Assembly: GCA_002633005.1 (NCBI GenBank) | Contig: NMRA01000228.1 | Location: forward strand, 496,242 to 560,241 | Direction: 5' to 3' | Length of the DNA: 64,000 nt | Origin: Phoronis australis | Lineage: Eukaryota; Animalia; Phoronida | Shown here: piece after piece, positions 1 to 13,529 of the stretch | How the letters are laid out: each line of letters opens with the position of its first letter | How positions within the stretch are numbered: position 1 is the stretch's first letter | Notes under the pieces: generated by a model | The model's database searches: none | Told to the model about the DNA's origin: nothing | What the model saw: the letters and a program-made list of their open reading frames with translations, nothing else | Program-made: the position numbers and the translations under genes

Positions 1-1212
1 TAACAATGTGTATTTTTCATGACACTTAAAATGTGCTTCTGATCTCAACAAGTAAAATTCATTCTAGGTGTCAATTTTTTTCCAATGCAATGTTACGACA
101 TTTACTGAATTAAGGCTTATTCATGTTAATTCGATAACTGAGCTGGTGGTCCTGGGGGTGGGGTCCACGATAAAATAAGGAAACTCACTCATCTAGAGAA
201 TTTTATTGGAAACAGCATAGTTTTGAAGAGAAACTGCTGTGAAAAAGTCACTCTTGACTTCTGTGCATCACGTACCATACACCTCTTATTTTGGGAGCAC
301 TCCCACCCAGGACAATATGAATATGTGCTGCTAGCCTACCCGGCATCGGGTGAGTTTCCAAAAAGAAACACTTAGTTCCACTCAATAAAACTGTTATTCA
401 GTGGGGTAACTGGTGGGGATAACATCACCGAACGATGTTGATAGAAACTGATTGCTAAAAACTTACCAAGTAATGTTGTGTAGTCTCCGAATGGAACTGC
501 ATAGTCACTCATAGACATAGAGCACACAAGGGGCTTCAGCATCCACACACTTTTTGTCAGTTAGTTGACCCTGTTGACCGCAGTTGTCCACGAATATAGA
601 AACCTTAGGTCTTTTACGAATTTGTGGCCACCTGTCGAAGACTTGCACCAGGGAAATTAGCAGTAATAAGGCTTAGCGCGACGACGTATTTTGATAAAAA
701 TTCCATCTTTTACCGTTATTTACATGCAGACAGCCACGCATGCGCAATTCAATCACCACTAGTACAGCAGCGACACCGCGAGGAGAATTCTCCGAATAGC
801 CCCATTAGCCATAAGGCAGCCGGATCAATCCTGCCAGCACTGTATAAAAAATTTTAAGCATCAGTGTAATGAGGGCACACTCTCAAAATTATCCTTGGAA
901 TGTAATAAATCATTCTTAGATAGCCTTCTGTGCTGCTCTTGATGTCTTTACATCTTTTGGTGCCCCCCCCCCCCAACCCAAACACGTGTTTTTTCATCAA
1001 ATGCAAGAGCAACTATCTAAGACTAAAATACAATGCAAGCAATTTCGGATCACAGCAAATGACATCTGCAGACTTTCCAATGGAAGGATTATGGACTAAA
1101 CACAAAGCAACAATTGATAGGCCAACAGAGTAGGAAAGGTAAAAATTCACATCACTTTACAGTAACTGATGTATTGTCACCCACGTTTATACATAAAGGT
1201 TTTAATACTTAC

Positions 1213-1376
1213 TTTTTTAGCCAACTGACAAGCATGTTCCGGAGAGTTGAGAATTTCATAAAAAAATACGGAGAAGTTCAGTGCCAGCCCTAGACGGATG
1301 GGGTGAGTGGTGAACATGTGTAATTGTGCCAGATCTTGTGCACTTTCATAGGCCTTCTTTGATTTCTCAATTATTT
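1213..1376 (-). CDS. 14-3-3zeta: 14-3-3 exon 3b (more canonical distal copy); its downstream exons would lie left of the window
   Basis: Acceptor CTTTTAG|AA. Translates to (E)[54 protein letters not shown]. Donor AAA|GTAAGT. Exactly 164 nt with phase-1 entry. Confidence 0.94.
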
Positions 1377-3469
1377 CTAAAAGGAAAGTGCAAAATATGA
1401 ACTTCATTATACAAGTAAAGCACACAATCATTTCTACAAATTATTGGGTGCAGGTTCCTGGGCATCTAACTGGAGAGCACAAATAATACAAAGAAGAATC
1501 ATTTTTAATGCACACATTCAACTCAATAACAATAATTCTTGATCTCACTCCGAAGCACTCGATAGATCTTTCCAGAAGACAGCATATTATAAAAGAACAA
1601 GAATACAAACAAGACAGAGCATTGATTTCTACCAACCATGTGCAGCGCACACAGCACAAATAAAGAGAATGATCATTACTTTAAACATGACGAATATAGG
1701 AACCAATACCATTAAAATCAAAATAGCCTCAAGAGGGTGCAAAACAATTCAGCACTGCTCTCCTCAGTAGGGACACAGCTGCCACCTTTATTATGACTCT
1801 TGATGCAGGTTGGAAGATAGCAATGCAGGCGACAAATAGACATAAAAATAATGAAATCAACAGCAGAAGAATGGAACAAGACGATCAAGGCAGCGACACC
1901 ATATGTAACCATGACAGCTTCTCAGGAACACACCTGCCAAATTTCAATAAGATCTTGCAGCAGGCGCCATACTCGAGAAAGACATGACAACAATATACAC
2001 ATAAAAAATAAGTGGTCGCATAAAAATGATAAGTTTGTTTTGCAAAACAATCTTATCCAATCCAATACTTTATGTTGCTGACAGCATTCAATGTACTTGC
2101 CAATTGGCTCCGTTCTTGGTGGACTGTCCCACTATTTGATTTTTTCGTCATCCCACCACGCCATCAAAATGTCTTGCTTTTGACACACGGCGAAACTGAC
2201 ACATTATCATATACTATTGTAATTTCCCAAGTGATACAGCCCTATTTCCTCGCTGGACTAAAAAGAAAAAACGTGTCATTTCAATTTTTATGGCACAAGT
2301 TATCCATTTGACTAAAGAACATAAAAACACCGTCGGGCACGGTTGGGTGTTACATTTCCCATTTGACAAAAAATGCCGTTGGGATGTTTTTGTATGTTGC
2401 GGCGAACATTTCACCCCTGTGTTTTGGCTTAGACCCAGCTGTTCTGCTTTTCATCTCGAAGTCCCGTTATTCAATCTAGTTGTCTCGTTTTTTAATTCTC
2501 AAATGTTGATAGTGACAAGTATGTAACAGGTGTTCAAAATAATATTGTCTCTCCAGTAAAGTCCACTTTCTTAAGTAACAACTTCGTAAAAATGTGTAAC
2601 ACACAGTACATGTATCAGGATCACTAATTTTTACTTTCTGAAGAAATGAGTACTTCTAAATTTCTATGGAAAGTCCTACACTGCAACCAATGTAATGAGC
2701 TTTCTGCAGTACATTTCAAAGCTACATAAAAGATGTCTGCCCATTTTCATCTATCAGGGAATTTTGGATAGACCATTGAAGTAATTCATTCATCATATTC
2801 TTTGTAAATGTCACTGTATTATGAATTTTATTGAAAAATGTAGATGTATGAAACAGCACCAAAGATCCAATTAATATATCAGGATGTAAAATTTTAGAAG
2901 AACGGCCGACTAAATTCTAAAATCATTGTCTTCATAGGGTAGAAAATCTTTGAACCACTGAAATAATTTCCCAACTGGTTTAACTAGTCATTTATATAAA
3001 TTCTCTTGTTCATTTCCCATTTCATGTTGCTATTACACCCTCCTATTTTTCGCATTTTGGTAAAACTATTAAAATATTTTTAAACTAGTCAGGCATGCAA
3101 AATGATTATTATTTATGAATTAAATTATTTTTCTTTTGCTTCTGGTATAAAAATACACCAACAGAAACTGATAAAGGGCTTTCTATGATATGAGTCTATG
3201 CAATTCAGTTGAGAAACGGAAAAGGTTAAAGTTTTAGAGACAGTAAATTCCATAGCAAGAACCAACCCTGGAAAGAATGACTGCACACATGCGCCGTGCA
3301 ACCTCAGCAGTGCGAGATCAAAGTTGGCATTCTTGGGTTAGAGTTCTATGGTGTGAGCAACACCAGTGACTTACAAAATTCTAATGCCATATGGAACTAC
3401 TTACCCCCCTAAAGCCCAAAATGTGCTCAGGTTAGTGCCCATGTCAGATTCCTAAGATGCTTGTAATGA

Positions 3470-4740
3470 CAGCAATAGTAAGGGTGTCAAAATTGGAAAC
3501 GAAGAACTTAAAATTTTGCAATATGCAGACGACACGTTGTTCTGTTTGAACAGCTCAAATGAGTCTTTGAAAAGCTCTCTTGATCTTCTAGACCAATTTT
3601 ATAAATTTTCCAGTCTCAAACCAAATATTGAAAAGATGCATTGTGTGTGGATTGGCATAAAAAAGTTGATGCCCAAATATTAAACTTTCTTGGCTAATGT
3701 CACACTTCATCTTGTTGGGAATTAATTTTAGTGTCGATCTATCTCAAATTGTCAAGCTAAACAATAACGAAAAACATGATGAAATTGAAATAGAAATGAC
3801 CTTTGTCTAGAGGATCGTCAACTCCTCTTGGCAGAATTACCATAATTGTCTTTCTTGTAACCTAGGATGGTTCATTTGTTCCTTGTTTTTCAACCGCCAT
3901 CAAGACAGTCAATTAAACAACTTGAATTAACATTTTGCAGCGTTGTTTGGCGTGCAAAAAATTACAGAATTCAGGGAACTGAAACGATACAAAATTTTAC
4001 ACAAGTAGGTTGTAAAATGATTCACACTGAATATTTCATAAAATGACTTAAACTATTCTGGTTACACGGAGTATTTCAACTAAATGCTTCTTGGAAAGAA
4101 TTGCTGTTGGTGGTGCTTTTTACGATAAATGACGAATTTATTTTGATCTGCAACGTTTGCTTACTTTGCCTTAATTCGCGACACTGACAAGGATGAAGAG
4201 TATAATTATCAGTCAATCTGATATTCAAAATTAATTCGGCAATTGCCTTTTGTAAGTGTTGATGTAAAGATGTATTGCTCATATCTATGTTTTGCTGAAC
4301 TCATTGTCTTATGCATCATTTTGTAACAGTTATGGTTCCCCTTCATCATTTATGATTTTTTATTGACTTATGCAAGCAATTTTTCTTTTTAATGATTACA
4401 GAAATATTAAGTTTTGTGCAAGCCTTCCAATAAATCTTTATATTACTAATTAATTGAAGGCATTTACAAATAACCAACACTAACTGAAGCGGAGTCACAA
4501 ATTAATGTGATTCATGTGAATGGTGGAGGGAACTGTATGCTTGCTCCCTTAATTTTAATGAGGATTTGAGACTTAGTTTCAGATTGTTTTCTTCATGGAA
4601 TTGTCATCACAAATGACTTTCAGTGGTGTCCAAGAGTCAGATCATTCCATGTTTCGTTAGAGACATCTTTCCTGACATTGTAACATGACAAAAACGTTCT
4701 GGTCTGCTCTAATTCAATGATTATTTCCAAATCCCAAAAT
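3470..4740 (+). mobile_element. Decayed L1/Tx1-like LINE fragment (RT to zinc knuckle)
   Basis: From 3480 it reads KGVKIGNEELKILQYADDTLFCLNSSNESLKSSLDLLDQFYKFSSLKPNIEKMHCVWIG, with the YADD catalytic motif. Later remnants include TPLGRITII and ...HCNMTKTFW. Stops and frameshifts are present. Confidence 0.8.
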
Positions 4741-4754
4741 GTACTTATTCTCAG

Positions 4755-5512
4755 ATTGTTCTAAAGCTCCCTTGGCCCTCACACCCCACGACCCCCTCAA
4801 CCATCGACCTAGTCTACTCAAGCTCGACTTGATCTGAACATAAAACAAGTGCTAACTTGCAGGACCAACGCCGGGCCATGAGCTTGACTGGCTTTTCCCT
4901 GTTTTTTGCAAGAGAGTAGATTCAGAAAGTTTGAAAGCCAAAAACAGAAAAAAAAAACAATGCAACCAAATCAAATCAAAGACCTACTGACATTACAAAT
5001 ACCGTTCCCTGCAAAGTGTACTCATCTCGTCTGCTCTTCAGTCAATGGCAGTTTCAAGCTTTTCATGTGAGAGTGCAAGGAAACAACAAATATGTAAATA
5101 GTTTGAAAAAGAAACTGTTAAGTAAAAAGTATATCAATATTACATGCAGTATATTGTAAATGAGTATACAACAAAAAGAAAATAATAAAAATGTGAAATT
5201 ATGTCCGTTCAAGTTAACGTACTCTCTCCTTAAGTTAAGTAGAAACTGGCAGCCGCTTGTGGAACTATTTCCATGACAACAGTAGCACGCTCACAATTCG
5301 CTATTTCAGATAGTGTTCTTATGCAACTTTGTGTTTTCAACCACCACATGAGTCAGAGCAGATTTGTGTGTAAGTCTTATGGGAACGTCATTCAGTGACG
5401 TAATATGAGTGCAGATACATGTAATGCCACAGGTCACGGGGTTGTGAGTCGTGGCGGTTATGGGTCTAGGGGGTTGTGAGTCGAGGGGGTCGTAGGGGTT
5501 TAGAACAATTCC
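4755..5512. mobile_element. Putative non-autonomous TIR element with subterminal short repeats
   Basis: Inverted ends ATTGTTCTAAA / TTTAGAACAAT, with complementary CGACCCC / GGGGTCG-type subterminal repeats at both ends. Confidence 0.45.
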
Positions 5513-5551
5513 TTATTATCTCAACAGATGTTTTCTTTGGTAAACTACATA

Positions 5552-6876
5552 CTGTACTCGTCTGGGTTACGGCCCATGTTCGGCTTACCACAAACCCCCA
5601 ATTTTTCATGATTGATACTTCCTTAAAAGTGTCTGTGCTTCTGTGAACATTCGTCGCACAAAATTAAGATTCTAAAACATGTGCAACTTGCTTACCTTTC
5701 TGTGACAATCGATCAGTTTTAGTGGAACCAGGACCTTGCCTTAATATGGCAGTAAAATACCTGTATTCTCATGCCCTTTACTGAAGGAGATGTAATTGTT
5801 GGATTTGGCTCATGCGTGGAACATGTGTCTGCATGTACTGATCTTTGAGACAGCGCTTGTCGAATGTATTTCATTTGCTGTGAAAGAACCACCAAACGAT
5901 TCTTGACAGAAATTTCACGTCCGTGGCCTACCTTTCTGTGATTCCCTGTGACAGTATATGAAACACAACCAGCCTGAGCATTGATTGAAATAAGAAGACA
6001 TGGTCCATTACGACAAGCCGTGTCACTGTTCCCCATCTTGGTTAAACGCATGTTTTTAAAGACTTTCACTCCTGACACCAAAATGGAAGCGCCCAACCAA
6101 AAGCAATAGCGCAAAAAATCAACTTCGCATTAAGCGCAAAGCGAATATTCTGTCCACATCCACATGGTCAAAACTTTTGATTTGCCAGATGACTTTTTGC
6201 ATGATGTTTTTTGCTTCAATATTTTGCCAGCAGACAGAGAACCAAGTGGCGTTGGCTTTGATCTCAAAAAAGAAAATAATGTATATAAAATGTTACATTG
6301 TTCAAAGTATTCAGTAAGAAGGGCTGTCAATCATTAGCACATGTTTGGTTCAAAGTATTCAGTACCGCTGAAGAAGACCTGTCAATCACTAGCAGGTGCT
6401 TGGTTGCCAAAGTGTCCAGGGGAAACAAAAATCTTTACACAATCAAGTGCTTCCTTAGAAATACACCCTGAACTAGCAGTCTTGTTTGATCAGTCTTTTC
6501 TCTCAAGAAACTTGCCCTACTGAACGCACGCCTACCTGTAGGAACACCTTAGTTCTAAGAGATGACGAGCAGCGACCGAGGTACATAAAAACCCAATCAC
6601 GCTAGGGATCACGACACCACTGTATCGTCTGCGCTATTCCATTTCTGGCCGTTGAAGTCCATTACTTCAATACTCCGATCTATATTTTAACTGATATGCT
6701 TGAAGTCCGAAGTCAGTGCAGCTCTGTGATGGTAAAATCGGTCCTCTGTGCAGTAAGCAACAACTCACGACTTTTCAAAAATTTCAATTTTAACCACCCA
6801 TGCTCGGCTTACCACCCACCCCGTTGTCTTAGATTCCCAATTTAAGCACCCTGGGCAGTAACACAGACGAGTACGG
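5552..6876. mobile_element. Tc1/mariner-superfamily (Tc2/pogo-like ends) non-autonomous DNA transposon
   Basis: TA|CTGTACTCGTCTGGGTTACGGCCCA ... TGGGCAGTAACACAGACGAGTACGG|TA: ~25-bp imperfect TIRs with TA flanks. Confidence 0.75.
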
Positions 6877-8166
6877 TAGATCAGATATAACTAATGTACA
6901 CAATTGTTTGGGAAAGTATCACATATTACACCTTCAATTTACTTTTAGAAAGGAATACTACCAAATCGAAAAATCTATTGATGTCGGAAACCATGAATAT
7001 GAAAATCTAGTTTAAGATGGCCGCCTTGTCTCTTCTATTTTTCTGATTCTTAGCTAATGTTACATTTAGTATCTGGTCTCTAAGTGTGATTGTGTGCGTG
7101 AGAGTGTAAAATAATCACTCTCTTATATATACATAAGTGTCAATAAAAATTACAAAGAAAAATTCTTGTAATAGAGCCAGGTCAAGTTGACAGTACAAGG
7201 AATGTTGTGTTTACCTCCTATTTCTTACTTTGCAGCTAAAAGTGCCAAAATATGATCGTGGTGTTATAGCAAACATCTAAGCCCTCACACTTAGATGTTC
7301 TTCTATTCCACTCAAACACTGCAATCATTTGGATCTCTTGGTTTCATGACATGAACACATCCACTACCACAAGAAACTGTAGGAACACCACATTTATCCA
7401 CCTTCACTCTTATCAGGCTTCTTTTGAGAGTCAGCATGTGTGAATAATTGGCTGATAAGCCACCTATGGAACTACTTTTGGCTGAATGGATGACCAGGCC
7501 ATAAAATGATAATTAGTCAAGACCAGTTAACTAATGCAACACAGAATAATGTGGTAGCATCACCTAGCCTTAGTGGAAAGCTGTATACTGTACTGGCTCT
7601 AATAAATGCTTTCATTTCACGGGGAGGGGACGCTTATTGTAGCCTAAGGCAGTTAAAACCCGCTTTCCGAAATGGGTAAAATCGGAAGTTAGGATTCATC
7701 GAATTTAAGCTCTGTGACGTATTTGAAGCCTATGACAGTCTTTCCACAAAATTGTGGTGCATTGCTATAAAGCTCCGTTGTTAAATTACAATCATTTTTC
7801 AAAAAATTGTTCTGAAATCCTAGGGCGAAAACTTGCCAACTGATACGTCGCTGAATCGCGAACGTCAATAGGAAAACTTGAATTTTTGAATAAAAATACA
7901 GTTTCGACTCAACAAATTACCTGAAATCTTCCTTATGTTTTACAATTTTTAAAGTTCATGTGAAGTCCAGATTAATTGCGATTAAGTCCAACTCTCCGCT
8001 ACATCGTACCCCACAACACGAGAAAAATCTCTGGATGAACACACATGTTGTTGTCACGTGAAGTTTGTTTTGAAGTTCGTCTGCGTATGAGAGTGAGTGC
8101 GCGTGCGGGTCATCGACGACAGACTTTTTTGTTACAAAAGGAAGATTATGCAAGAAAATGGCATTT

Positions 8167-9330
8167 GAGAGAGAGAGAGAGAGGTTGTTTATTGCACTTG
8201 GAGCTAAGCTCATTTGTACATATTACATTGCAACATTTGGTATAGGTGGCAATTTCACGTCCGGGTATTCAATACATATATACATATTTACACGTTACAA
8301 TGTTAGAGTTTCCTGTCTAATACCATAAGCCTTTAATATAAATAAGGATAGTCTTTTCAAAAGATTTCCAGAGTTTGTTTTGAATAAGTATTTGACGTTT
8401 TCGATGTCTGTATGCTGTCGGGATATTTCTGGTAAAAAATTCTTTCTAATGTCGTTAAATACGGGGCAGTTAAGTAATAAGTGTATTTCGTCTTCAATTT
8501 CTGAACGGTTGCAAATTTCGCAAAGTCTATCTTCCTTTGGAATGTCATGGTGCCTACCAGTTTCTATTTTCAGTTGGTGTCCAGAGCACCTGAATTTGGC
8601 TAAAATTCTACGTAGAGTTGGTGGTAGACTGTAAAGATATTCTTCACAAGATAAATCTGTTTTGATAATAGAGTAAAATGAGCACTTGCTAGAGCTCTGC
8701 ACTGATGTCCTCCATTCTTGGGCACCACAATCCAACAATCTTTGCTTAAATTCTGATATAAATAAATCAAAGTTACCCGGTCCACTTATCCATACCTCCC
8801 CAAACCCGTATCTGAACAAAATATCTTTAACTGCACTGGCCCAATTTGCTCGTCCTTTTTCACAGTCTTCCCGCAGCATCCTGTAACTTTTCTTTGGGTA
8901 TCTGGGGTTATTCATCTGTAGAATTTTGGTCCAGTAGATTATTGGTCTGCACAAGTATTTCACAGATAATAAATGCCTGCCGCATTCTCCTCTGGCCATA
9001 ACGTTACTTGTTTTCTTTGGGACACCAGCAACCCATTTACAGAAATCATTGTGAACACTTTCTATGTCTTTCGAATATACTGTACCCCATATCTCAGCAC
9101 CATATAACAATATAGGAGCTACCATACTATCAAACAATTTAAAACATACATGCGGGGATTTACAATTCACTTAAGTTAAACATGCTTTTAACATGTTCAT
9201 TGCTTTTCTAGCTTGTAAAGCTGATATTCTACAATTTTCATTCCATTTTAATCTGCAAGAAAATGTCACACCAAGGTACTTGTAATAAGATTTCGTTTCT
9301 ACCTATTTCTTATTGTAGAACCACCGTTCT
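8167..9330 (-). mobile_element. 5'-truncated non-LTR retrotransposon (RTE-X/L2-CR1-like ORF2 C-terminus)
   Basis: ORF 8295-9170 contains ILLYGAEIWG, KFRCSGHQLKIETGRH and the RLCEIC...EDEIHLLLNC Cys/His motif. The upstream frame has YKYLG (end of RT). The 3' end has AATAAA followed by a (CT)n tail. Flanked by the 8-bp direct repeat TGGCATTT (8159-8166, 9331-9338). Confidence 0.88.
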
Positions 9331-10043
9331 TGGCATTTACTAGATTGTTTTTCACTAAAACAGCTGCAATGTGCAAGGTGAGTGCCGGTTAACTCACAGA
9401 TTTTGTGTGCACAGGCCGACGGTCGTTAGCTCTACCGTGGAGTAAAACATTAATAGTCCAAGGCTCGATCTACATGTTGTGGATGAGGTGACTAAGTGAA
9501 CTACCCAGGCTGTGTGAAATTTCTGGGTCTAATGGAGACCCTGACGCAGTGGTCAGCCAGCTTGCTGTATCAAGACTATAGTCAAAATCCAAATTCATTT
9601 TGTCGTGTTCCTGTCAATAATAATGGCATGCTAAATTTTCTTAATGTTTGTAATTCAGGAACATAACATCACGTGTTTTGTACACATACGCGCACGCCGC
9701 AGATCACATCTCGGAAATTTCCGATTTGACGGATGACAATGAATGAGCACAATGAAATTAAACGTCGTTTTATAGCTTGTAAGATTCATAATAAACGTAT
9801 TTTGAATATTGCGATGCATGTGTTCCAAAATCTAAATAACTTGGGTCCTACATTTTTGTATTTGTTTGCGCCGAATGAAAGTAATCGTGAGTGTTGCTGT
9901 GTTGCAAAATCTCTTATCCTCGGCCGATTTGAAAAATTCAAAGTTGTACTCGTATTTGTTTTCGCTCCTTTCAAATATTACAGTAAAAATTACGTAAAAC
10001 TCTCTCCATAAAAAGTACAGTCTGCTACGCTAGATTGTAATCA

Positions 10044-10584
10044 GCTGATCATATCCGTATGAGTGAAGCCAATTATCCTCGCTCGTGACTCGATGAATAG
10101 AGCAGCTTGGCGGCATCCCTTTGATCGTGAGCCGAGCGCGACTCAGCCAAGGTGAATAAATATGGTCTAGTTCAATCTGCCAACCCCCCCCATTTACCCT
10201 GATAGGCGGGGTTTGGGCCAATCTTATTTAGTGGGAATGTTTATAGCATGTTTTGCTATGCCCATCATGTGTCCATGACTTTTTCTCATAGTTTGCACGA
10301 TTTAATTTAGAGTCCAACAGTTTGTGTGTACCCTTAGAATCTTAAAACATTTGCATCTATATCAAAACAATAACTCATACATGCTATAAACATTCCCACT
10401 AAATAAGATTGGTCCTAACCCCGCTTGTCAAGGTAAACGGTGGGGTTTGGAAAATTGAACTAGACCGCATTTATCCACCTTGGTCGAGTCGCGCTCGGCT
10501 CACGATCAAAGGGATGCCGCCAAGCTGCTCTATTATCGAGTCACGAGCGAGGATAATTGGCTTCGCTCATGCGGATATGATCAG
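10044..10584. mobile_element. Foldback MITE with ~210-bp inverted arms and ~125-bp spacer
   Basis: 10044-10251 and 10379-10584 are reverse complements (CTGATCATATCCG...CGGATATGATCAG). This explains the mirror-image ORFs 10030-10221(-) and 10409-10621(+). Confidence 0.8.
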
Positions 10585-12575
10585 TCGGCAAGTTTTCGCC
10601 GTGATGAGCACAATTTTTTGAAAAATTATCGTAATTTAACAACGGAAGTTGATAGCAATGCACAACAATTTTGTAGAAAGACTGTCATAGGCTACAAATA
10701 CGTCACAGAGCGTAAATTTGATGAATCCTAGCTTCCGATTTTACCCGTTTGGGAAACTGGGTTTCAACTGCCGTAGGCTACAATAAGTGTCCCCTCCCTG
10801 TGAGATGAATTTTTCTAAGCATTTATTAGAGCCAATACAGTATACAGCTTTCCACTAAGGCTAGGTGATGCTACCACATTATTCTTTGTTGCATTAGTCA
10901 ACTGGTCTTGACTAATTATCATTTTATGGCCTGGTCATCCATTCAGTCAAAAGTAGTTCCAGAGGTGGCTAATCAGCCAATTATTCACGCATGCTGACTC
11001 ACAATAGAAGCCTGATAAGAGTGATGGTGGATAAATGTGGTGTTCCTACAGTTTCTTGTGGTAGTGGATGCGTTCATGACATGTAATTCTATGATTTACT
11101 AGAAACATTTATTTAATTTAGAGTCCCGCTTCTTGTTGCATTTACAGGGCCATTGTCATTTTCACAACCACAACATACCTTATTGGATTATGGGATAAAC
11201 TTTTTGAAGTTATTAGCTTTGACCAGAGCTATAAAACCACAAAATCCAGTTTTGTGACTTTATTACAGAATGCCAATTCTAGACATTGTCTGCCAGAATT
11301 TGCGTGTTGCTTTACCAGTGAAATGTGCTTAAGATGTTCCATCTACTACATTGACTTAATTAGGAGAACACTTTTATTGTTTGAGATGACTTAATTAGGA
11401 GAACAGCTTTATTGTCTGAGATTAAGAGGTTATGGTGCTTGATAAACTGGATCACAAGGGCAAACGACCAGTTTCATAAGTATGTACATTGTTTACAATG
11501 GGACATGCCACATTTCAAATACTTGCCATGCATTACACTGCAATCCAATACTCCATGCTCATGGAGGGTGGCACCAATGCAAAATGTTAAGCAGGGCAAT
11601 TTGGCCACTTGGCCTATTGTTCATTCTAACAAAGGTTCTTTATGTAGAAGTGTGATAATTAGCCAATATGTGGAATATGCCTATGGATTATCCTACCATT
11701 TAGCTGAGCAGTGGTATGCAGTAAAGCATTTTTGAAGATGGGATGAAAACCACAAATTTTGATGTATGAATCAATTTTATCTTTTCACAAAAATGTAAAT
11801 CAAGAATCAAAGGAAAAGGCATGCAAAATTGCAAAATTTTAAAACAGTAAAAATACAAAGCTCAGTGTTAATGCTTAAGGCATTCAACTCTACTGGTAGT
11901 ATTATGAGAATTACATTAACAAAACCTGACTAGAGTGATCAATACATACATCTGATCAATAGTGCCGTTCCTACACAAAAATTGCCTGAAATAATCCCAA
12001 AGTTAGCGTCAACTTTCATTGGAAACATTTTTGAACTGGAATAAAAATTTACCAGGATTCTGAGTTTCACCAAACAACACAAGCTAAATAGTCGGGAAAA
12101 TTTATTTGTGAGGAAACTTTGTTATTCAATTAAAATTCCAAGACAGACTGCTCTGGACTAATGACATTACTGCAGACTACCTCACAATATTAATTCAGTT
12201 AACTAAAACTCATGTTATCAGTATCACAGGTGCCTTTTCAAAGCCTGACATGGGCAACAGAACTTGCTGGGATTCGTAATTCTGTGGGGACACAACTGAT
12301 TGTAGGAAACAATTCATGTAACAAGATTCCTGTGAAATTTCTCGTATTCTGAAACACAAGGGAACCCTACTAATGGGACCGCTTACTTGACCACAAAGTG
12401 TACTTTTGCTGATGATTCCTCTAAACTAGGGCATGTGTAATTGCAGGAACTCAGGACAGATTTATTGAGCACATAATAGAATGAAAAGACATCACAGGAC
12501 AAGGTGAAAACAAAATTTGATAACGTTCTTCAACAAAAAAATCTTGACTTTAAAGACTGATCTCCAAAAAACAAT

Positions 12576-13082
12576 CAGGTCTTGGAATGACCAATGACAA
12601 AAAACGCGGAAACTTTTACGGCCCAAAACATGCGCGCTATTCAGCCTTGAAATAGTCGATGTGCACCTTTCGCCGACAAAATTCAGTAGGATTAAAAAAA
12701 AAAAGTTACCACCATCAGTAGCATGCGTCTGCGTCTATTTATCTCGTCCATCCACTCCTCCACTCCCACCCCCACACATTTTTGGCTGTAGAGCCGTAGT
12801 ATTTGTCACCGCGGTTTACACTCACATGAGACGCCATTAAAAATCCCACCATGCTATCCCAGATGCCCCGGCAATGTTGACAATTTACGTTCCTCCGAAA
12901 CATAAAGAGCAACTTCCACTTTTCGAAGTGAACATCGTCGGCAACGCCGCGGTAAGAAAGGAATTTGCCGCGGAAATTTTATATCAAATCCGATTTTTTT
13001 ACGCGGAAATATAATAAAATGCGCGGACAGAACACTTGAAAAAAGCGGAAATCAGCGTTTCCGCGGAAAATTTCAAGCCCTG
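12576..13082. mobile_element. hAT-like MITE; related sequence at ~38695-38895
   Basis: Ends are CAGGTCTTGGAA / TTCAAGCCCTG. The internal sequence CGTTCCTCCGAAACATAAAGAGCA recurs at ~38710. TSD not clear. Confidence 0.5.
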
Positions 13083-13469
13083 AATAATGGCACACGGTTG
13101 AGAAAAAAAATTCAAGGCTTAAATGACCAGTTGTTAATAAATACTAATTAATGCATCCATTCACAACTTTTCATTTTGAGTATTCTTTTAACTTATTGAT
13201 ACAACATTGAACTTGTAAAGCATGTAGCCTGATCAGACAGTCACGATTATTGTACTTGTATGCTCAATGCAATGACAATATACAGACATATATGATTTAG
13301 CATCAGAAAAAACAAGTTGAACAGCAACATTGGAGAGACACATCTAGTTTTCCAGTATAAGTCCCTCCAGATGGTGTCCATTTCTCTCCACCTCAAACTA
13401 CAATTTCAGGTCATAATATGCTTTAGCTGTAAGTAGTCTAGGTGAAAGCACACTATTTCTCTTGTATTT

Positions 13470-13529
13470 TCATGATGCTTTTTCAGCATCACCACCATCT
13501 TCATCCTCAAAGTTTGATGAAGTCCAAAG
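13470..13529 (-). CDS. 14-3-3 terminal exon 5a
   Basis: Acceptor TTTCAG|CTT. Translates to [19 protein letters not shown], the typical LWTS plus acidic tail. 60 nt including TGA. Confidence 0.92.
   Translation of the reverse strand, partial: LWTSSNFEDEDGGDAEKAS

Larger units (their letters stand above)
7345..11083. repeat. ~500-bp inverted duplication (arms ~7345-7853 and ~10581-11083)
   Basis: The arms are near-identical reverse complements, for example CCACTACCACAAGAAACTGTAGGAACACCACATTTATCCACC vs GGTGGATAAATGTGGTGTTCCTACAGTTTCTTGTGGTAGTGG. Confidence 0.9.

Noticed and set aside
1213-1376. Exon 3b as a processed pseudogene fragment or haplotype duplicate of exon 3a
   Set aside because: It has intact intron boundaries on both sides and only ~47% protein identity to exon 3a, far too divergent for an allele.
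10030-10731. Pair of similar ORFs on opposite strands suggesting duplicated small genes
   Set aside because: They are translations of the two arms of a foldback MITE.
12100-13469. Poly(A) signal for the proximal cassette
   Set aside because: Minus-strand AATAAA candidates exist (~12461, ~12101) but are common in AT-rich DNA and cannot be assigned without 3'-end data.
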